From Balanoglossus misakiensis (Eukaryota; Animalia; Hemichordata): a stretch of DNA of 64,000 bases. The notes under the pieces are model-generated. The model was given only the letters and a program-made list of their open reading frames with translations, was not told the origin of the DNA and made no database searches. Below, in pieces: positions 37,217-51,300 of the stretch. Within the stretch, counting starts at the first letter, position 1. Every line of letters starts with the position of its first letter. The translations under genes and the position numbers were made by a program. The stretch is from the NCBI GenBank assembly GCA_040954595.2, contig CM082588.2:8478844-8542843 (forward strand). The letters are read 5' to 3'.

Positions 37217-38539
37217 TTCTAATTGAGAATAAAATATGTTTGTGTTTATAGAGTTGTCGGGGAATATTTCCATCGAAAGAGGAATGCTATGGAAGGTACA
37301 ATCATTATTGCTGCAGACTCGTTGGCCTGCCACTCGGTGGACTGTCTGTCTCACAAAGCTCCGAGTGAGTGGTAATATTTCGGATTCGCCGCAACAGTGG
37401 ATGTTGTAATGGAAATACGTGGCACTTTATAAGTCGTGTGTTCGTTTGTCTTAAATTCTACTGTTAATAACTTTGTTAAACAATTTGCGTACGGACTGAC
37501 GTTGTTCCCCGCAAAAAAAACTGGCATTTTATCCACGTGATATGAATATGAGATAAAATAGTCCCTGTTGAAAGAGTGTTAAAATGAAAACGTTGCTCTC
37601 TTTTAAATTTGCTTTGCCATCCCGATCAATACTAGTAAAAACTGCATTCATACATCACAGTACGGTACGCTGTAAACTAGTAAAATAAATGTTTTTTTTT
37701 TTCCATGAGTACATATATGCAAATAATAACATGGAACTACTTTCTACTTGTAAACATTGAACGCCATGACTGCTGGAGCTATGCATTATGTCCGGTGAAA
37801 CACGGTGATTATATAATTTTTTGTAATTAATCTTACCAATAATCTTTTTAGAAGAATAACATATTTAGCTGTCGACTTTAAAACAACGAAAATTACTCGT
37901 TATCGCCAGTTTTCTATAATTGCGGATGCAATCTCGCGCTGGCGACAATGAAGAACTGACCCCAGATGACCTCATTTGCATACTAATGACTACGTAACTT
38001 GGTTAAAAAACAGACCATCGGCGGCTTGCTTATCACTCTCGCGTCATTCTACTCAAAATCAAGATTAAACGCTCGAAACTTTCAATTTTTGTCGCTTTTC
38101 GAGATAACAATAATAACGATTTCCATGCCGTATACACACTTTTTGTGTGGACGGTACAGTGACTCGCTGTGCTAGTTAAAAAACTGCCACAGAATGACAG
38201 CTACACTCGTAAAAAATAACTATGACAACAGTGATGGTAAGGCCAGTATTCTGACGTTGTTTTACAATGGCATTCACATGTTAGTGTTTGTGTTTTGTGA
38301 CTAATTCATCTACGCATTCAGCCTTGGCTGTCACAGATATTAACCGTAGGTCATGCAGTCCAAAGAACGGCCACTTGATTAGTGCATAGTAGGCTGTGGC
38401 CACCAACTGTGTATATAGCAACACATGTATGCATCAATAGAATCGAACTGCCAGTAGACAGAGTCATATCGTTAAGTATATATAAAGCCATTTCAGGTTA
38501 TCAGCCATGTATGTATCAGGCTGTTCCATCTTATGCTGC

Positions 38540-38990
38540 TGTTGTTGCTACTGCTAATGTGAAAACCAAACCAATGGTTGCAATTGGGACAATGTATCCA
38601 GTTTAGACAACCACTCTCCTCGATCTCCAGTAACGACGGTAGTTTCACGACATTAACCGGTATAGAATCGAAACGTTCAAAACCCTTAATTGGTACTGAC
38701 GCGAGCTTTGACGATTGCTAGTTTGAAGGTTGTCAATACACGCCCTCCCGCTCACATATTAGTAACTAGATGACTTCCTACGACATCTAATGAAGTACTG
38801 TTGTTCACGACTACATAAAAAGAAAACAGGTATTGATACGAAATGCGAAAAACTGAAAACAAAATATGAGACTTATTCCTCCTTCCTTATTGAAACACCC
38901 CGCGATCAGTATGCCAAGTTATTGGATGCGACTGTTTGGCCTGCAGGTGCTCTCGTGAGAAAAATACCAACAACCAAAATCTAAATGACA
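38540..38990 (+). mobile_element. LINE ORF1 C-terminal remnant (CR1/L2-like)
   Basis: CEKLKTKYETYSSFLIE...LLDATVWPAGALVRK resembles the C-terminus of CR1/L2-type ORF1 proteins. Confidence 0.6.
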
Positions 38991-39799
38991 CTTCGCATTG
39001 CTTCTTTACCGCGTTCACCTTAAATATATCACAAATCACCCTTTTTTATTATTTATTAAGTGACCGACAACTTAAGGAATTAAACCTTATACCCCACCCA
39101 CATCCATTTACGACTTATGGCTAATCAACAACAGCAAGATTAATGCGAGATTTACAGAAAACAAATAACATTAATTTGATGAAGCGGAATGTGGAAACTT
39201 TACAGAAACATATTCACCTTCCCACATGACCGAAAATATGTCAATAAATAATTAGACCTTGAGAATGAAAATCTCGGTCACTATAAAATATTTCTTAAAT
39301 ACCATATACCTGGCAAATGATTCACTTTAACATTCATTAAAGCCTGACTAATTTGTCAACAGACATTAAGCCTGTATATTACTAAAATACCAATTCGACT
39401 GCCATCTTTCTACTTCTTGTATGACCGAAAACTTCAAGAATAAATACTTACACTCTACAAAATATGGTTATTTTCTGGTATGCGTCTGTTAAAAGCAAGT
39501 CATCTCATAACAATAAATCATTGTTCGTTCGTGTATAAATCGAGATCTCACGTGACAGATATACGCCCTTCAACCAGGTTTTAACTTACGCTCTGTACGT
39601 TTGCAAATGAAATGTTTACTGTTGTTTCAGAACCTGCCCCCGTCCCTACGCATGGTAATTCCGAGTTGTGCAGACAACTGATTCTAAGAGCAGCTCATTA
39701 TCGATTTAACTCAAGTGACCAGTTCTGTCGTGTAATTCCGTGATTCCTCACCTGTTGAAGAGCCTTGCCCGTTGCCGTCTCTCTGTGTTCAACGATGGT

Positions 39800-40085
39800 C
39801 TTCGAAGACTTAAACCAGACAGGCTATATACACGAGTGTTTAAAGGCTTGGGTTACGAGTAATCAGGTCTCCGCAGCCTTTTCAACTCTTGTGGAACATA
39901 AAACGCCACACCGCCATTTTGGTCGTCGGACAACAGACAAAAAATGGCCGGTGTGGTCGTTGGTTATTACCACATCGAGGCTCTGGCGGACTTTGAACGT
40001 TGGTGTAAATCCTTGTATCAAGGCACATCAACAACTCAGCAAATATATTCCAATTGGACAAACCAAGGTGGCAAAGTGTCATTTG
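39800..40085. repeat. Dispersed ~280-bp repeat, second copy at about 47845-48120
   Basis: Shared caggtctccgcagccttttcaactcttgtg...ttggtgtaaatccttgtat in the same orientation. Confidence 0.7.
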
Positions 40086-41889
40086 TTGTATGTCAGTTCA
40101 TATTGACATAGTGACATTTGGAAATTGTAGAAGATTGAGGAATCAGGAATGTATACCACTTCCCTATCGAATTCTCTAGGTTTTCATTTCCTTACACTGT
40201 TTAATGAGTTCCCAACCCTCTAATATCTGTCAATTTCGTCACAATTAAACCAGTTGGGGATCGTAGTTTTTCTTCTTCGTATGTTTCATATACGTTGTAT
40301 GCATGTAATACTGATCATACGACATAATGAGTACCTTCGTGTTAGTTGTTTGATTCGCATGTTGAACACAGCTGTCATAATGTTTTACTCTTTCCGCAAA
40401 AATTGCAGTACTAACAAACAACCAAACAAACAAATAAACAATCAATCAATCAAAATTAAAATCGTGGTAGTCGTCGTGATCCAGCGCTGAAGTGTACGAT
40501 ATTCGACATAATTCAAATCAACAAACATTCCGCAAATGTTCTGTTCTCAATTAAATATCACTTCTTGATACAAGTGGGAAGTTTTAAAATTGGATAAAGA
40601 ATATCAAGAATGTTTAGGTAGGGCATCCATTACTTAACGAATGACATTTTCTGACATCACAAGAAAAAAGACAACAAAATCATCTGTGTGTTTAGTAAAA
40701 ACACACGAGCGAAAATGTCAATTACTGTATTTTTGTCATCTTGAACCACTTTTAAGTGGTGGCTTTGCTCAATAGCCCCAGGTGAAAAGGCAAAAGATTG
40801 TCCGTTCTAGGTCCTAGTTTGAGTGGACTCTGTCAGTAGAAGTCCAACCTTGGGAAGCAGAAGGAACTTTGTACTGGGAGTTAAATGAGTTGGCCAACAA
40901 TTGAGTGCAAACCTGTTTGTTTCTTTGAGATACAATGGTGAACTCGATTTAAAGCGCCAACAGCTGCCAATTTTTGAATTAATTTCATTGTTTTTTCACA
41001 CTTAGAAACGTCCATATAAATGACCTAAATTTTATTATCAACTTCTGATTGTAGATTACATTGAAATATGAGCAAATTGAATAGGAATAGGTGCTGCACC
41101 CGTTTATTCAGCCGCCAATTGCAAAAGTAAATAGACATCGCGGCATGCGTGCATGGGTATTAAAAAAAACCACCGAGTCAAAATTGCGTCATTTATCGGC
41201 TAAGTATCGGAGTTTTTTCAGGGATTAAATTAGTTTCTATTACTGAAACGTACGGAAGTTGATCAAAAACCAGACACTTGTCCCTTAGGTGAAAATATGT
41301 GAAAATGTTTAGCATAGCATGTAATCTGTTTCGAATATATGCGGAATTAAAGTTGTCAGCGCCAGGGCTAAAACAAATAGCGTTGCGGCAAGATAGATTT
41401 GTCAAGTTCATCTTTTTACATCATTTTGAGCGCTGAATGAAGTGCCTAAACACATATACTCCATGTGACTCAGGTGTCTTGACACTGTCTTCTATAGGAT
41501 TTGCATGATGGCGATTTATTTTATTAAATTGTACATAACTTTAGTTTATTCATTGCCCGGTGTCACCAAAAACTAATTAGTTATTGCAATTCCAAAATAG
41601 AATCTGTGTACCAAAGCTGGTCGAAATCTGATCAGTCGTTCTCTTGACATACGGTGCTAACAGGCAGACACAGACATATTGCAAACACATACACAGAGAA
41701 CGCACGATAACATCATCACTCACGTGAGGTAAACAAGGTGCGTGCTGTGTTAGAAGGAAATCTGGTCAACTAGAAAAGTAGGTTTTGCACTTAATTAGCA
41801 TTAAGGGCTGTGGTAGCAGGAATGAAGTAAAACCATACCGAAAAATCCAATGGGGACAACCATTTGGAAAAAGGTAGCAACGGGTATAA

Positions 41890-42930
41890 AATTGAGCTGT
41901 AGAACTGCAGATGTCAGCGCCAAAACGCTTCAGTATTAATCCTAAAGTCAAATAAACCTTGGATAACTACAGGTATCAAAAGGTCAATTAAACGAAAGCA
42001 TAAATTCTCTAGGGTCTTAAAAAGTTATTATAACCCTGTGGTCCTAGCAAAATATAAAATTCATCGTACCGTAATATTCTTACAAATGTCCTGAAGATAG
42101 CTAAACATAATTATTATTCTGAACAGTTTGAAAACCACTGTGGAAATATTAATAAAACTTGGGAAGTTGTCAATGACATTTTAGGCAAGGGGAAAAAGAA
42201 AATGGCTTTGCCCAATAATTTGGAAATTTATTCCCAAGATTCTGGTGCCACCATTAATGTGACAGACCAGCATTCCATAATTGATGAGTTCAATAAATAT
42301 TTCATATCAGTTGGGGAAAAGTTAGCACAAGATATCAGCTATACTGGAAACCATAACAAGTACTTATCTAACACTCTACCAAATTCTCTTTTTCTTCGTG
42401 GTGTAACTAATGAGGTTTTAGATATTTTAAAAGTTTTAGAAGTTTTACATATTTTAAATAGTTTGGATAAAAATAAAGCTGTTGGGATTGATCAAATTAG
42501 CCCAAAACTTATTCTCTATGCTATAGATTACATCTCAAGACCACTGACATACTTAATTAATTTAACACTTTCCACTGGAGTCTTCCCAGATGAGCTGAAA
42601 ATTGCAAAGGTAACTCCAGTCTATAAAAAAGGAGAAATGTCTGACCCAAGAAATTATAGACCAGTCTCTGTGTTGCCACAGTTTAGTAAAGATTTTGAAA
42701 AAAATAATTAACAGACAATTAGGATGTTATTAAAATAATTTTGATTTATTGTACCGTTATTAGTATGGGTTTCGAGAGAAGTATAGCACAAAACTTGCTA
42801 TTGTTGATCTAGTCCAAAAAATATCCGAAGAAATCGACTCTGGGAACACTGTTATTGGGATTTCCCTAGATTTAAAAATAGCCTTTGATAAAGTAAACCA
42901 TGAAATTTTAATCAGTAAATTAACATACAT
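41890..42930 (+). mobile_element. Degenerate LINE reverse transcriptase fragment (CR1/L2-like)
   Basis: KAVGIDQIS, TGVFPDELKIAKVTPVYKKG, NYRPVSVLP and LDLKIAFDKVNH motifs, with stops and frameshifts. Confidence 0.9.
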
Positions 42931-44038
42931 ATATTCTGCAATTGTATTATTTATGGGGGACTGGACTCGACTAGTGTTACACTATTTTCTAATCCCCTCC
43001 CATCTTATACCTATTGTATTCTTCATTCCTTTGTTAATTTGTATCAGAATAAGGGAAATTAACTTATTATTATTACATTGTATTATTATTACAGGCTTGT
43101 GTGGCATCGAGGGCGTAGTATACGACTAGAAATTAGGTGTACTCGCTACAACAGGGCCAACAACAACAGTGGTCTGAGAACAAGTGTGATGAATTTGAAC
43201 ACAAATTTCAACTACTTTCAGAACTCATAATGATTCCAATCAAGTCTGTGAATTTAACTGAACAATCCAAAATACTAAAATTGATACTATTTGCCTTCTA
43301 TAGCAAGTCTGTTTTTCCTTTCCCTAATTTCCTACAAGGAAATAACTTCTAAAATGGCCACTAAAAGTGACCTCAGATGACCCCTGCACAGTCACGGAGA
43401 TCAAATAAGTAGAATCACTGTTTGAATTATTATTTTGCAGCAAATCTGTTCAACAAGTCATGGTTCAAATGATTCTTTGTGCACTTATCGTTCATGTATG
43501 TCTAGAATTACAGCAGATTGCAGAAAGAAAAAAAAAACACTTCTTTCATTTGAGAAAAAAATGGTCGGAATCCTACCTGTCGTGAGTATCTCCACCTGTT
43601 GCAGTCTGTAAAACATTTACTGGATGTGATGCCCTCTACGGTAGCTTCTTGCGTTTATGTGGGTCAGGGTTATTTGGTCCCTGGGACTTGATGTGGGTCC
43701 AATCGAAGCACTCCACTCCTCATTTTAAAGAACTAATAAAATGACTTTTGGGTGAATTACCTGCTGGGACAAGTGGCACTGGGGGAGGCATGTGCTTAAA
43801 TATTCATTTCTATATTTTCTTCAATGTATTCTATAGTCAGTTTTCATTTCCCCTCAGCAGTAAAAGATAGAGTAAAAGCACAACTTTAAAACTGAACTGC
43901 AGTTGAAAGTTTTTTTTTATTAATTTGAATATAACTAAATGAATTAAACATCATACAACTTGAAAATGAGATTTGTACAATACCATCGACTTAGTAGCAT
44001 TATAAAACAATTTTATAGTGGCATCTCATTATTCATAA

Positions 44039-44213
44039 CAATAAAACCTGTGTAAACCTAACACCAAAGGGACTGAAGAAATTGTTCAGTTTGCAGAGGT
44101 GTCCAGTTTATAGAGTTCTTTTAACATGTGGTTATGGCAAACAGATAGAAAAATGTGTTTTGTATGGACAGGTTTCCAGACTAGACACAATTCGGTTTAG
44201 ACAGGTTTTACTG
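44039..44213. mobile_element. Tc1/mariner-like MITE
   Basis: caataaaacctgtgtaaacc ... ggtttagacaggttttactg followed by TA; imperfect TIRs. Confidence 0.55.
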
Positions 44214-45059
44214 TATTTAGGCTAAAGTTAGTAAATTCTTATGTTTTGTATCCATAGGTTTTCAGAGGTTTCAGAGAAAAACACACACACAGTTTTTCTT
44301 TCAGAAATTTCCCACATCAAGGGTATTGAGTTAAAAAAATAAGCCATGATTTTTCTACTGGTACTTCAGCAATATACTTGTTTTTGTGATTTTCTGGCCA
44401 TCACCAAGTTCACGAAAATTTAACATATGCAAAAATATACAGTTAAATATCCTATCTTTATCAATTATGTACACATGAATATAAAAATATATAGATCTTT
44501 GTTCGTATGTGCTTCTACATGTTGGTGTAGAAAACCTATATACATGAAAATGTTCAGTAACAATGAAAAGCGCATCTGTTGCTAGAAAGATACATATAGC
44601 ATTATTCATATTTTACACATTAAAGGGAAACGTTACCTTGCTATAAAGGGGTTCTTATAAAATCTGTGTAAAAAACTGGAGTGATATGTGTCAGTTTTAT
44701 TCACTTTCACTTATAGGTAGCAGTGTGGCATTGTTCGAGATATGCAGAGGTGACTCGTAGACCACACTGCAACCGATAAGTGAAAGTGAGTAAAACTGAC
44801 ACAGATCACTCCAGTATTTACACATATTTTTAACAAACCCTTTACTAGCATGGTAACGTTTCCCTCAATTTGGCTCAAGATTGTTTTTGTCAAGAATTCC
44901 TCCTCTGGGGAATGAAAGCATAAGGTAGCTGCCAGCCATAGATTAAGTGCCATGGGAGTCTTGGCATTTAATTAATTTGTACCTTTCATGAGAATTCCGA
45001 TATTTCCCTTATCACCGCAACAGTCTGGAGATATGCGGCGAATGCATATGGTTCTTAAT

Positions 45060-45391
45060 CTATCTCTGAAAATGGCCTTTTTTCCCACGGCGTTTTTCTG
45101 ATTGCAGTTCGTTTTCACACTCCTTCACCAATGAGACTAATGCGGGTAGTTCCATTTCTTGAAACAAATCCTTCAGAAGTGTTAAATCGTCATTGCTGAT
45201 ATGACCCTTCTCTTTTAAACGGTAAAATATTTCTGACGGAGATTCCAAATCCTGCAATTCTCGTTTTGGTATGAATTCTTCTCGTAACAGGCCTCTGAGA
45301 TCACGCTCATCACTTTTGTTTAAACGCTTCTCAAGTTTCATGAAAAGGATCTTCAGTGGATTTAATTTTGTTGTTTTAAAACACTCTGAAT
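45060..45391 (-). CDS. G4 terminal exon: death effector domain (DED)
   Basis: [77 protein letters not shown] follows the six-helix DED pattern of FADD/caspase-8. Confidence 0.8.
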
Positions 45392-48300
45392 CTGTAATGA
45401 TAATGTTAGTGTTAATGTTATATCATACAAAGGTAAACATAACAAGCAAATTACAGATTTTTCTCAAATCTGATCTAATAGACCATTTTGATATTCTGAC
45501 ATATATAGCTTGTATGATCTTTTTCCAGAGGAGATTAAACCACATAAAAGTAGGTTTTAAATTTCATGATTTAAATTACAGTTAGTTTCATCCACATTTC
45601 AGTGACCATTAATCGTTTATCCTCATTGATCTGCAAAACTGTGAAACTGTCAAACCACAATTTGGAGTTGACACATGTACATATTATAGTAGCATAACAT
45701 CATGATTCTTACCTCCATTTGAAGAACTGCTACCAAATTCCTTCTCCTACATGAGAAAAAGAGACACCAAAGTCATAAATAACAGTAAAAGGGAAAATAA
45801 TGCAAAATGTTTCAATTTTCTAAAAATATTGTGCTTGAAAACTTTGGGGTTCTCATTACAGTGATTCTCCATGTCTGCCAAAACTGGCAAATTACCCAGC
45901 CAAGTTGTTGACTAATGAGACTTTCAGTAGTTACCTAAACACATTCAATTCCAGATAAAATGCAAGACACTGGATCTCCATGGGCAGGCAATGTACAGAT
46001 GGGCACTGATAAAGCTAGGCAATCATGGGTAAATAAATTGTGACAGGGGGGAAGGGTGGGCACCAAGTGATTACAATGTATAAACATCACCTGGGCAATT
46101 GGCCACTGTACTAAGCCAACGACGGGGACACTGCACATACTCATGATCCACATAAGATACATTGAAATGTGATAAATTGAACCCAAAACCTAAATTGAAA
46201 ATTCTAGCACCAGTAATGACTTGTAAGAATCAGATTGCATGCTTTCTCTGCACTCACATCATATAGCACGGACATCTCTTTGTGGTACAACAATGTCATT
46301 TCAATTATTCACAAGCTTATACGTTTAGGTGGGTTCTTACATTTGGCATTGCGAATAAGACCTCAGCAATTAGTTGGTCATCATTTTTGTGAAACAGCAT
46401 ACGCCCATCCAGACCGCTATCTCTTTGCCTGGCTTTAACGACAACAGGCCAGTAGTTATCACAAAATGGGTAGTATGTTCTCTGGTTCATCTCCGTCACC
46501 AGATCAAAATTCCCTACTGCGGGGACAGTATTTTTGACAACATCTCCGTATTTCAGCTCAATATCAGAACTGTGTGTTGTTCTTTTATCAGTGTATTGTT
46601 TATATTTCTCTTCAGTTTGTAATAAATCTGCAATGGATTTTTGTCCTTTGGCCTCCACCAAGTCACATCTTAAGACTGTTGCTGTATCCTTGTGCTGAAG
46701 AAGAAGAATCTTTACAATCTGATTTCCAGACTTCTTGAAGTCTGTGATGGTTGATAGCATGTAACAAATTCGTGGCATGACTTCTTTGATGTATCTTCCC
46801 AACGAATATCTGAAAACAATTCCAGACACTTTCAAGGAATGAAAATGGTGAAATGCAATTAGATGTTAATCATAGATTACGGAAGGGGTGTGTTATATCA
46901 CCATTACCTGTGGATACAATAACATCCAATCAAAGGAATATTTCTTCAGAGCAATATCAACATAACTGCAGTCATTACATTGCATTTGCAAGTCTATGAT
47001 GGTGTATTCTTACAGAAGAAGACTTCAACCTACCCACTCAGTATCTGAGTGTGAAATTCCACCACATCGCGTTGTACAGTATAAGAACAATCCTTGGTAA
47101 CATCCTTCCAGTCACAATTACCATCTTCATCTTTAAGTATGCACAGTTCTGTATCATCAGATGCTACACGTGGGATGTCTGGTGGCAGTGGGATGGTTAG
47201 TTTTATAGGCTTCTTGAACTTCATTCTTTCCCTCTGGCCTCGATTGATATACACTATGGATGCGAAGGATACATCGAGAGATTCTCCACCAGTTGGGAAG
47301 ACACTATCAACTGTGTTATAGCGACAGTCATGGACCTTCAATACAAACAATAAGCCTCATTGAATGTTGTCACTATAGCAGTACATACATGGATACCTGG
47401 CTGAATTATCTCCTGTCTAAGAGTTTAACTGCTTATGGCTGCAATTTGGCACAATCAATCAATCAATCAATCAATCAACTGATGCAGCTCCTTCTTAATC
47501 TATTGTCATGTTAATCTCTATGTGGGGTAATACCAGGTATGGGTAAATGTTGGTGGTTGTGGGGATGATGATGATATTTACCTCTAATATCATAGCCTTT
47601 TCATCTTCTACGGCATCTTCTGGAACTACGATGCTTATCCGTTCGTCTTTTTTTGAGGTAAATTTTCCACCTTCTTTGCTGATATCAAATGTGTCTTTAT
47701 AAGGTCTTGAAATTTCGATGTAAAATGAAAAATGGCAGACTTCTACCTTGATATGATTGTCTTCCTGAATATGAATCAACATTTAATGGTAACACTTTTA
47801 CTTTTTGTGTGTGGTCAGAATCTTCGTGAACAACTTATTAGCACTCCGAAGATTTAAACCAGAGAAGCTACACAAACGTGTAAAAGGCTTGGGTCAGCAG
47901 GTCTCCGCAGCCTTTTCAACTCTTGTGTAACATAAAAAGTCACACCGTCATTTTGGTCGTTGGACAACGGACAAAACATGGCCGGTGTGGTTGGTTATCT
48001 CCACATCGAGGCTCACGTGGAATTTGAATGTTGGTGTAAATCCTTGTATTAAGGCACATCAACAACAAAGCAAATATACTCCAATTGAACAAAACCTAGG
48101 TGGAAAAGTGTTATTTGTTAGAAACAGAAACATTTTCTCAGAGACGGTGTTTTGTTTTGCCAAATGGAAGGTCAGTAGGCTGCAATGACTGACAATTTAC
48201 ATGTCCATGGATACATACATGCACATACTTATACAAATATATATTTACTGAAATGCAATAATGCTCGAGTTATAAGTAGTAAAACTTCACTGTGTAGATC

Positions 48301-51300
48301 TGTGCTGTAGCATACTTACTTTGACAGTTTTCAACTCTTCCCATGTTTCACCATTTTTGCTTGTCAGGATGATCTGTTCTCTCTCAAAAGGCTGAACATT
48401 TAAACACTTCCTCACAAGGTAGACTGGTTTCTTTAGTGTAATGTGATCTGCCTTAATATCAAGGACATCTGACTGATACCATTCAAAGTCTGCAAGAGGG
48501 ACCTTGGTGACGTTGTGGTTACATGTGACCAACAATGTTGTGTCTTGTTCCACACATGCTGGTGGGACCTCGAGTGAAAATCCACATGGTAATTTGTAGG
48601 AACGTCTTTCCTTTAATGGAAAAGGAAAAAATTTCATTACAAAACCAGAAATGGGGCTGGAAATCACCCCCCCCCTCCCCATTGAAGGCTAAAATGTAAC
48701 TAAATTCTGTCATAAAACTCGAATGCATTTGCAAGCAAAAGCGAAGTTCCAGAGACCAGACCTATTTTATATAATATTTCAAGGCCTTCAAAAATGAACA
48801 GTTTGAATAGAAAAAGCAATGCATATATGCTAACCTGTCGGGTGCATGCACTGTTGCAAGCTGGAAATAGTACATATCATAGTTTCACAATTTGTAGATG
48901 TCCATTGAAAATTGTTTTAACCCATCTAGAATACTGTTTAAATACAATTTATCAACATAATCAGTACATGTGGTCTGCATTGCAAACAACCAATTCAGAA
49001 CAAATACAAATTCATAAAAATACACCGATTTTAAGTCAACCATCATGCCTACCTCATTAGCAGCAATAAGCAGAATCGATCTTTGGTCTTGAATATCCTC
49101 TGAAATGCAGATATGTTAGGGTAGTAGTTGTATTTACTAAGATATGATAACTGTTCATGTTTTAACATAAATCCAGCTTGAAATTGTGCATATGAGCCAT
49201 TTCAAGTTTGTGAGACTTGCATGGTTTTTAGGTCCCATCGGTATAGGCATATATACCATATGGGACCTTATAGGATCGGTTGCGTCTGTCTGTCTGTCTG
49301 TCTGTCTGTATGTATGTATGTATGTATGTATGTATGTATGTATGTATGTATGTATGTATGTATGTATGTATGTATGTATGTATGTATGTATGTATGTATG
49401 TATGCATGCATGCATGCATGCATGCATGCATGGATGTATGGATGTATGAATGGATGGATGTATGTCTGTATGTCCGTCCACATCAAAAACTTGAAAACCG
49501 CTGCGTGTATCATCTTGGTATTTGGTGTGCAGATGCAGGCTGGGCTGTATATGGGAGTTTGTTCAAATGAAGTTGTCATTGCCAAAAGTATGCAAATTAG
49601 CTGGAAAAATGTGAATTTGGACAAAACTCAGTAACTCAAGAACTACTGGTCAGATTGCTTTGCAAAGTGGTGTGTATTTACTTGATTGAGTTGTTTTAAT
49701 TAGGCAGGAACCCCCTCCTATGATATATATAAACAGCAAATTCCTGCATGATTACATAACTGGCTAAGTTTTTAAGAGGCCAGCTGTTCTATTTAGTGTA
49801 TGTACAGTACATATGCCATTGGCAGCTTATGGGTCAGTCAGTGATTGCCCATTGATCTCTCGCTATATGTGTGTGTGTCTGTCTGTATATGGCCATGTAC
49901 TCCGGTGTAGACTTTTTCTTGTGTAATCCCTCAAAGGGACCACCGTGTCCTTGAAGCGATTTTTCCCCTTGATATGCACTGGCCTACATATTTCTGCTCT
50001 CATACTACCCTAATTGACTTATTTGTGAATTGATCTGTTAAGGATGCAGAATAAAACATCCACTTTTTGACATAAACATTTCTGTGGTAATTACTGAGTT
50101 CAGAATCCCTTCAAAGTAGATATTTTAGAATGATTTCTTTGTTGAAAATATGAATATGCAGGTTCACCTCACATGAATAGCACAATTATTTTGCAATGAA
50201 CGTAAATTACTGGCAAGAAAAACAAAGTGAAACGGAATATTTTTGATTGACTCCGTACTTAATTTTTGCTCATAGACCCCACCATATACTGTAACAGAAA
50301 AGCACTTTAGTAAGTTCCCAGCCTTCGATGGCCATGTATATTTTCAGAATTGCAGTACAATGTGTCCAATGTGTACAATATAGGCAACACCAATCCGAGT
50401 AAAATCAGATGAGAAGATAGGCGCTGGTGATCGTTTTGGCTGTTCTGAAATTAGAAAAGGTTAAAGGGACAAAGTCTCTCTCTCGCTTCCCCTTTTCCAT
50501 TAATTATGTTTGATACAAGACACTGTGTATGTTATTCTACATGTGGATATATATAGAGAATCAACATTCAATGACACACAACTTCCATCCCGTTTGTACG
50601 ATATGTGAGTAAAAATCTCGCTAAAATGAATAAATGGTAAACACCAATTATTTATTTTGGTGAGTTTATCACTCTCGTGTCTGCAAGTGGGATGGAAATT
50701 GTGTGTGGTCGAATGTTGATTCGCGATATATCCACATGAAGAGTAGCAAACAGTGTCTTGTATCAAACATAATTAATGGAAAAAAGGCAGCGAGAGAGAG
50801 ACTTTGTACCTTTAAGAAGGCGCCTAACTCTAGATCTACATACCTTTGATATTTTTAACTACGGGTAGCGCATTTTCATCTTTTAGTTCGATATTTGTCA
50901 TTCTTAGTTTAGAACTTCGGTTTTCACTGCTTTCCAACATTTCCTTCAGACGCTGACATGTCTGCTCGGTTTCTTCACTTTCCCTCTTAAGGATAGTATA
51001 TTCCATCGTCTTGGATTGTAGTAGTTCTCTAATCTCCTTGATTTCGTTAAAGAGCGAAGTGATGACGGAGAGATAGTTGTCTGTCGAGATTGGTTCCAAA
51101 ACACCAGCAGCTATTTCTTTTGAAAAAGATTCCGCCAGAATCTTGTCCGATTCTTTGGTGCCAGTGTTCAAGATGTTGACGCCATTTTGATTGACAAGTC
51201 TCTTCAGTTCTGATGAAAATAGTTACATGTGATTGAACATTGTTATCAAAATGTTATTCATGCTCGATATGCAAATCAATGGGAGAATATCTGTCTCTAA

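Noticed and set aside
35942-37354. N-terminal extensions of the GT ORFs in the ORF track (470, 452 and 446 aa versions)
   Set aside because: The extensions differ between paralogs and run through a conserved splice acceptor just before the shared ATG, so they are intronic.
43577-43605. 29-nt segment flanked by acceptor-like and donor-like sites downstream of the DED exon
   Set aside because: The DED exon has its own stop, and I could not link this segment to a further open exon.
49155-49634. Several ORFs with YVCM/HTYI repeats (also 16007-16189 and 52558-52909)
   Set aside because: They are translations of tetranucleotide microsatellites.
50340-50444. Possible extra G4 exon after a good acceptor (ttctaatttcag at 50445)
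   Set aside because: There is no convincing donor before an in-frame stop, and the model is in frame without it. It could be an alternative terminal exon but is unsupported.
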